Assembly: GCA_965219585.1 (NCBI GenBank)
Contig: CBDCOA010000003.1
Location: 2,001,375-2,065,374, forward strand
Direction of reading: 5' to 3'
DNA from: Bryobacterales bacterium
GTDB taxonomy: Bacteria; Acidobacteriota; Terriglobia; Bryobacterales; UBA6623
DNA: 64,000 nucleotides
Part shown: one piece after another, positions 62,283 to 64,000 of the stretch
Layout: each line of letters starts with the position of its first letter
Position numbering within the stretch: position 1 is the stretch's first letter
Translations under genes and position numbers: made by a program
Notes under the pieces: model-generated
What the model was told of the DNA's origin: nothing
Databases searched by the model: none
Seen by the model: the letters and a program-made list of their open reading frames with translations, nothing else

Positions 62283-63032
62283 TCAGCCGCTGAGAGTGAA
62301 GTTCACGTCGATATTTGTCAGCACCTCGACCGCCTCGCCGTTTAGCAGCGTCGGCTTGTAGCGCCACTGCTTCACGGCAGCCAGCGCGGCCGGGACCAAG
62401 AGCGGGTGGCCGGACATAACCTCCAGCTTCTGGATCGAGCCGTCCTTGGAAATCACGGCCGAGAGCTTGACCGTGCCCTGGATGCGCGCCTGGCGGGCCA
62501 GCGGCGGGTACTGCGGGCGCACCTGGCGCGTGAGGCGGGCCTTGGCGACATTGCCGCCCACGCGAATGCGCTTGGGCGGGGCCTTCTTCTTGACCGGCGG
62601 AGGGGGCGGGGGCGGGGGCGCGTTCGAAGCCGCGGACGTGATGATTCCGCCGAGCACGCCGCCGAGCTGCCCGCCGACGCTGCCGCCGGGCACGCCGCCG
62701 ACCACGCCGGCGATGCCGGCGCTAGGCGCCGCGATGTCCTCTTCGATGATCGCAACCTTGTCGGGGATGGCGACCGGCTGCGTGAGGGCGCCGCTGTCAA
62801 ATTCCTTGGGAACGGCCTTCACCACCACGGCCGCAGGCGGGGGCGGCGGGGGCGGCGGAGGCGGGGGCGCCGTCAGGAAGCTCACGAAGTCGGCGTCCGG
62901 CAGCTCGTAGTAGTTGATCAGCGGGATCAACAGCACGACGCCGACCAACAACAGCTGCAGGACGGTGGACAGAATGACGGACCATTTCGAGGTCCCCTTC
63001 TGAACGTTTTCCATTAATGCGTCTTCAAACAT
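62283..63032 (-). CDS. tonB: TonB family energy transducer
   Basis: The gene has an N-terminal TM helix (WSVILSTVLQLLLVGVVLLIPL), poly-Pro spacers (PPPPPPPPPPPP and PPPPPPPP) and a C-terminal TonB domain (RPQYPPLARQARIQGTVKLSAVISKDGSIQKLEVMSGHPLL...AVKQWRYKPTLLNGEAVEV). Confidence 0.9.
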   Translation of the reverse strand: MFEDALMENVQKGTSKWSVILSTVLQLLLVGVVLLIPLINYYELPDADFVSFLTAPPPPPPPPPPPAAVVVKAVPKEFDSGALTQPVAIPDKVAIIEEDIAAPSAGIAGVVGGVPGGSVGGQLGGVLGGIITSAASNAPPPPPPPPVKKKAPPKRIRVGGNVAKARLTRQVRPQYPPLARQARIQGTVKLSAVISKDGSIQKLEVMSGHPLLVPAALAAVKQWRYKPTLLNGEAVEVLTNIDVNFTLSG

Positions 63033-63066
63033 GGTTGCAAGTTCCTCCCAAGATACCTTGCCATAC

Positions 63067-64000
63067 TCAAGCTCGCCGTCCCGCCCGCGAGCCGGGGGCC
63101 CGCGCGGTCAGCAGACCTTGGCCCCACAGCAGCACCGGGCTGGCGATGAAGATCGAGGAGTAAGTGCCCACCAGCACGCCCACCACGAGGGCGAACGAGA
63201 AGCTGCGCAGGACTTCCCCCCCAAAGACAAACAGACACACCACAGCGATCAATGTCAAGCCCGACGTCAGCACGGTGCGGCTGAGCGTCTGGTTGATGCT
63301 GAGATTCAGCAGTTCGGTCAAGCTGGACCTCCGGATCGCGTTGCGGTTCTCGCGGACACGGTCGAAAATCACGATCGTATCATTCATCGAGTAGCCAACT
63401 AGTGTCAACAATGCTGCCACTACTGTCAACTCGATTTCCCGCCCGAACAGCGAGAAGAACCCGATAGTGATAAAAACGTCATGGAAGACGGCGATCACGG
63501 CGGCGACGCCGTAGATCCACTCGAACCGGAATGCAATGTAGACTAGCATACCCGCAAGTGCGAATAGGGTAGCTTTGATGGCCTGCCACTGCAATTCCGC
63601 CCCGATTTTCGGCCCAACGACCTCAACTCCGCCGATATGGAACGCTCCCAGCTCCGTTTCCTGCTTCACGGCGGAGAGGACGCTTTGGGGCACGCCCGGA
63701 ACCGCGTCGAACTCCGAGGAGTCGCGCACCAGGCCCGAGCGCGGCGCCTGGTCGCGCCAGGCAACGAGCGCCTCGGCCGCGCTGACCAGCTCCTGGCTGC
63801 TGTGGCCGGCGTCGCGGAGGGCCGGGCTCGCCATCAGCCGCTGGCCCAGCGCGTCGGAACTGGCGTTGTTGAAATCCAGCTTGCCCCCGGCGATGGGATA
63901 GATCTCGCGCAGGGTCTCGATCACCTGCGACTTGCCGGAGGTCTCGACCACCTCGCCGGCCAGATCCAAGTCGATCTTGAGCTCGTGGCTGTCTCCGCTG
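63067..64000 (-). CDS. secF: Protein translocase subunit SecF (N-terminus beyond the window end)
   Basis: The conserved SecF core is AIKATLFALAGMLVYIAFRFEW...AVIAVFHDVFITIGFFSLFGREIELTVVAALLTLVGYSMNDTIVIFDRVRENR. The reading frame stays open to nt 64000 (…SGDSHELKIDLDLAGEVV…), so the track's Met at 63969 is not the real start. Confidence 0.85.
   Translation of the reverse strand, partial: SGDSHELKIDLDLAGEVVETSGKSQVIETLREIYPIAGGKLDFNNASSDALGQRLMASPALRDAGHSSQELVSAAEALVAWRDQAPRSGLVRDSSEFDAVPGVPQSVLSAVKQETELGAFHIGGVEVVGPKIGAELQWQAIKATLFALAGMLVYIAFRFEWIYGVAAVIAVFHDVFITIGFFSLFGREIELTVVAALLTLVGYSMNDTIVIFDRVRENRNAIRRSSLTELLNLSINQTLSRTVLTSGLTLIAVVCLFVFGGEVLRSFSFALVVGVLVGTYSSIFIASPVLLWGQGLLTARAPGSRAGRRA

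Overview
High-GC bacterial window. Hand counts of single 60-nt lines give about 67-78% GC in the PKS region. The neighbourhood (DUF1549/DUF1553 + DUF1501 pair, TonB-ExbB-ExbD-ExbD-TPR run, Rel, SecF) suggests an Acidobacteriota-like or similar soil lineage, which is inference only.

nt 1-45158 is a cis-AT type I polyketide synthase assembly line in two translationally coupled genes. Gene 1 is cut by the window start. Gene 2 is one uninterrupted 33.5-kb ORF of 11,155 codons. Together they hold six consecutive modules with the same FAS-like domain set KS-AT-DH-cMT-ER-KR-ACP (called A-F here; A is partial). They end in a KS-AT didomain whose AT lacks the active-site Ser and which has no ACP or TE.

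Motif reading shows a patterned, module-specific loss of catalytic residues:
- ER: NADPH loop and conserved Lys both lost in B, C, D and E.
- KR: catalytic Tyr replaced by His in A, B, C and E.
- DH: dead in E.
- All six cMTs and the malonyl-type ATs look intact.

Domains are mosaic between modules, including a 1.0-kb perfect (1.44-kb near-perfect) AT repeat between modules D and E.

Immediately downstream lies a lower-GC patch. It holds a stand-alone PAPS-type sulfotransferase (GC as low as about 37-52% per line) and a convergent alpha/beta-hydrolase. This is my best candidate for an undescribed trans-acting tailoring or release system for the PKS.

The remainder is more ordinary: a Tat-exported sulfite-oxidase-family molybdoenzyme, the DUF1549/DUF1553 + DUF1501 pair, a secreted beta-propeller/PHP-like metallohydrolase, Rel (RSH), a TPR protein, two ExbD, ExbB, TonB and a partial SecF. 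I saw no rRNA, tRNA, CRISPR array or transposase. Domain boundaries are approximate (about +/-30 nt); motif codon positions were read directly from the sequence.
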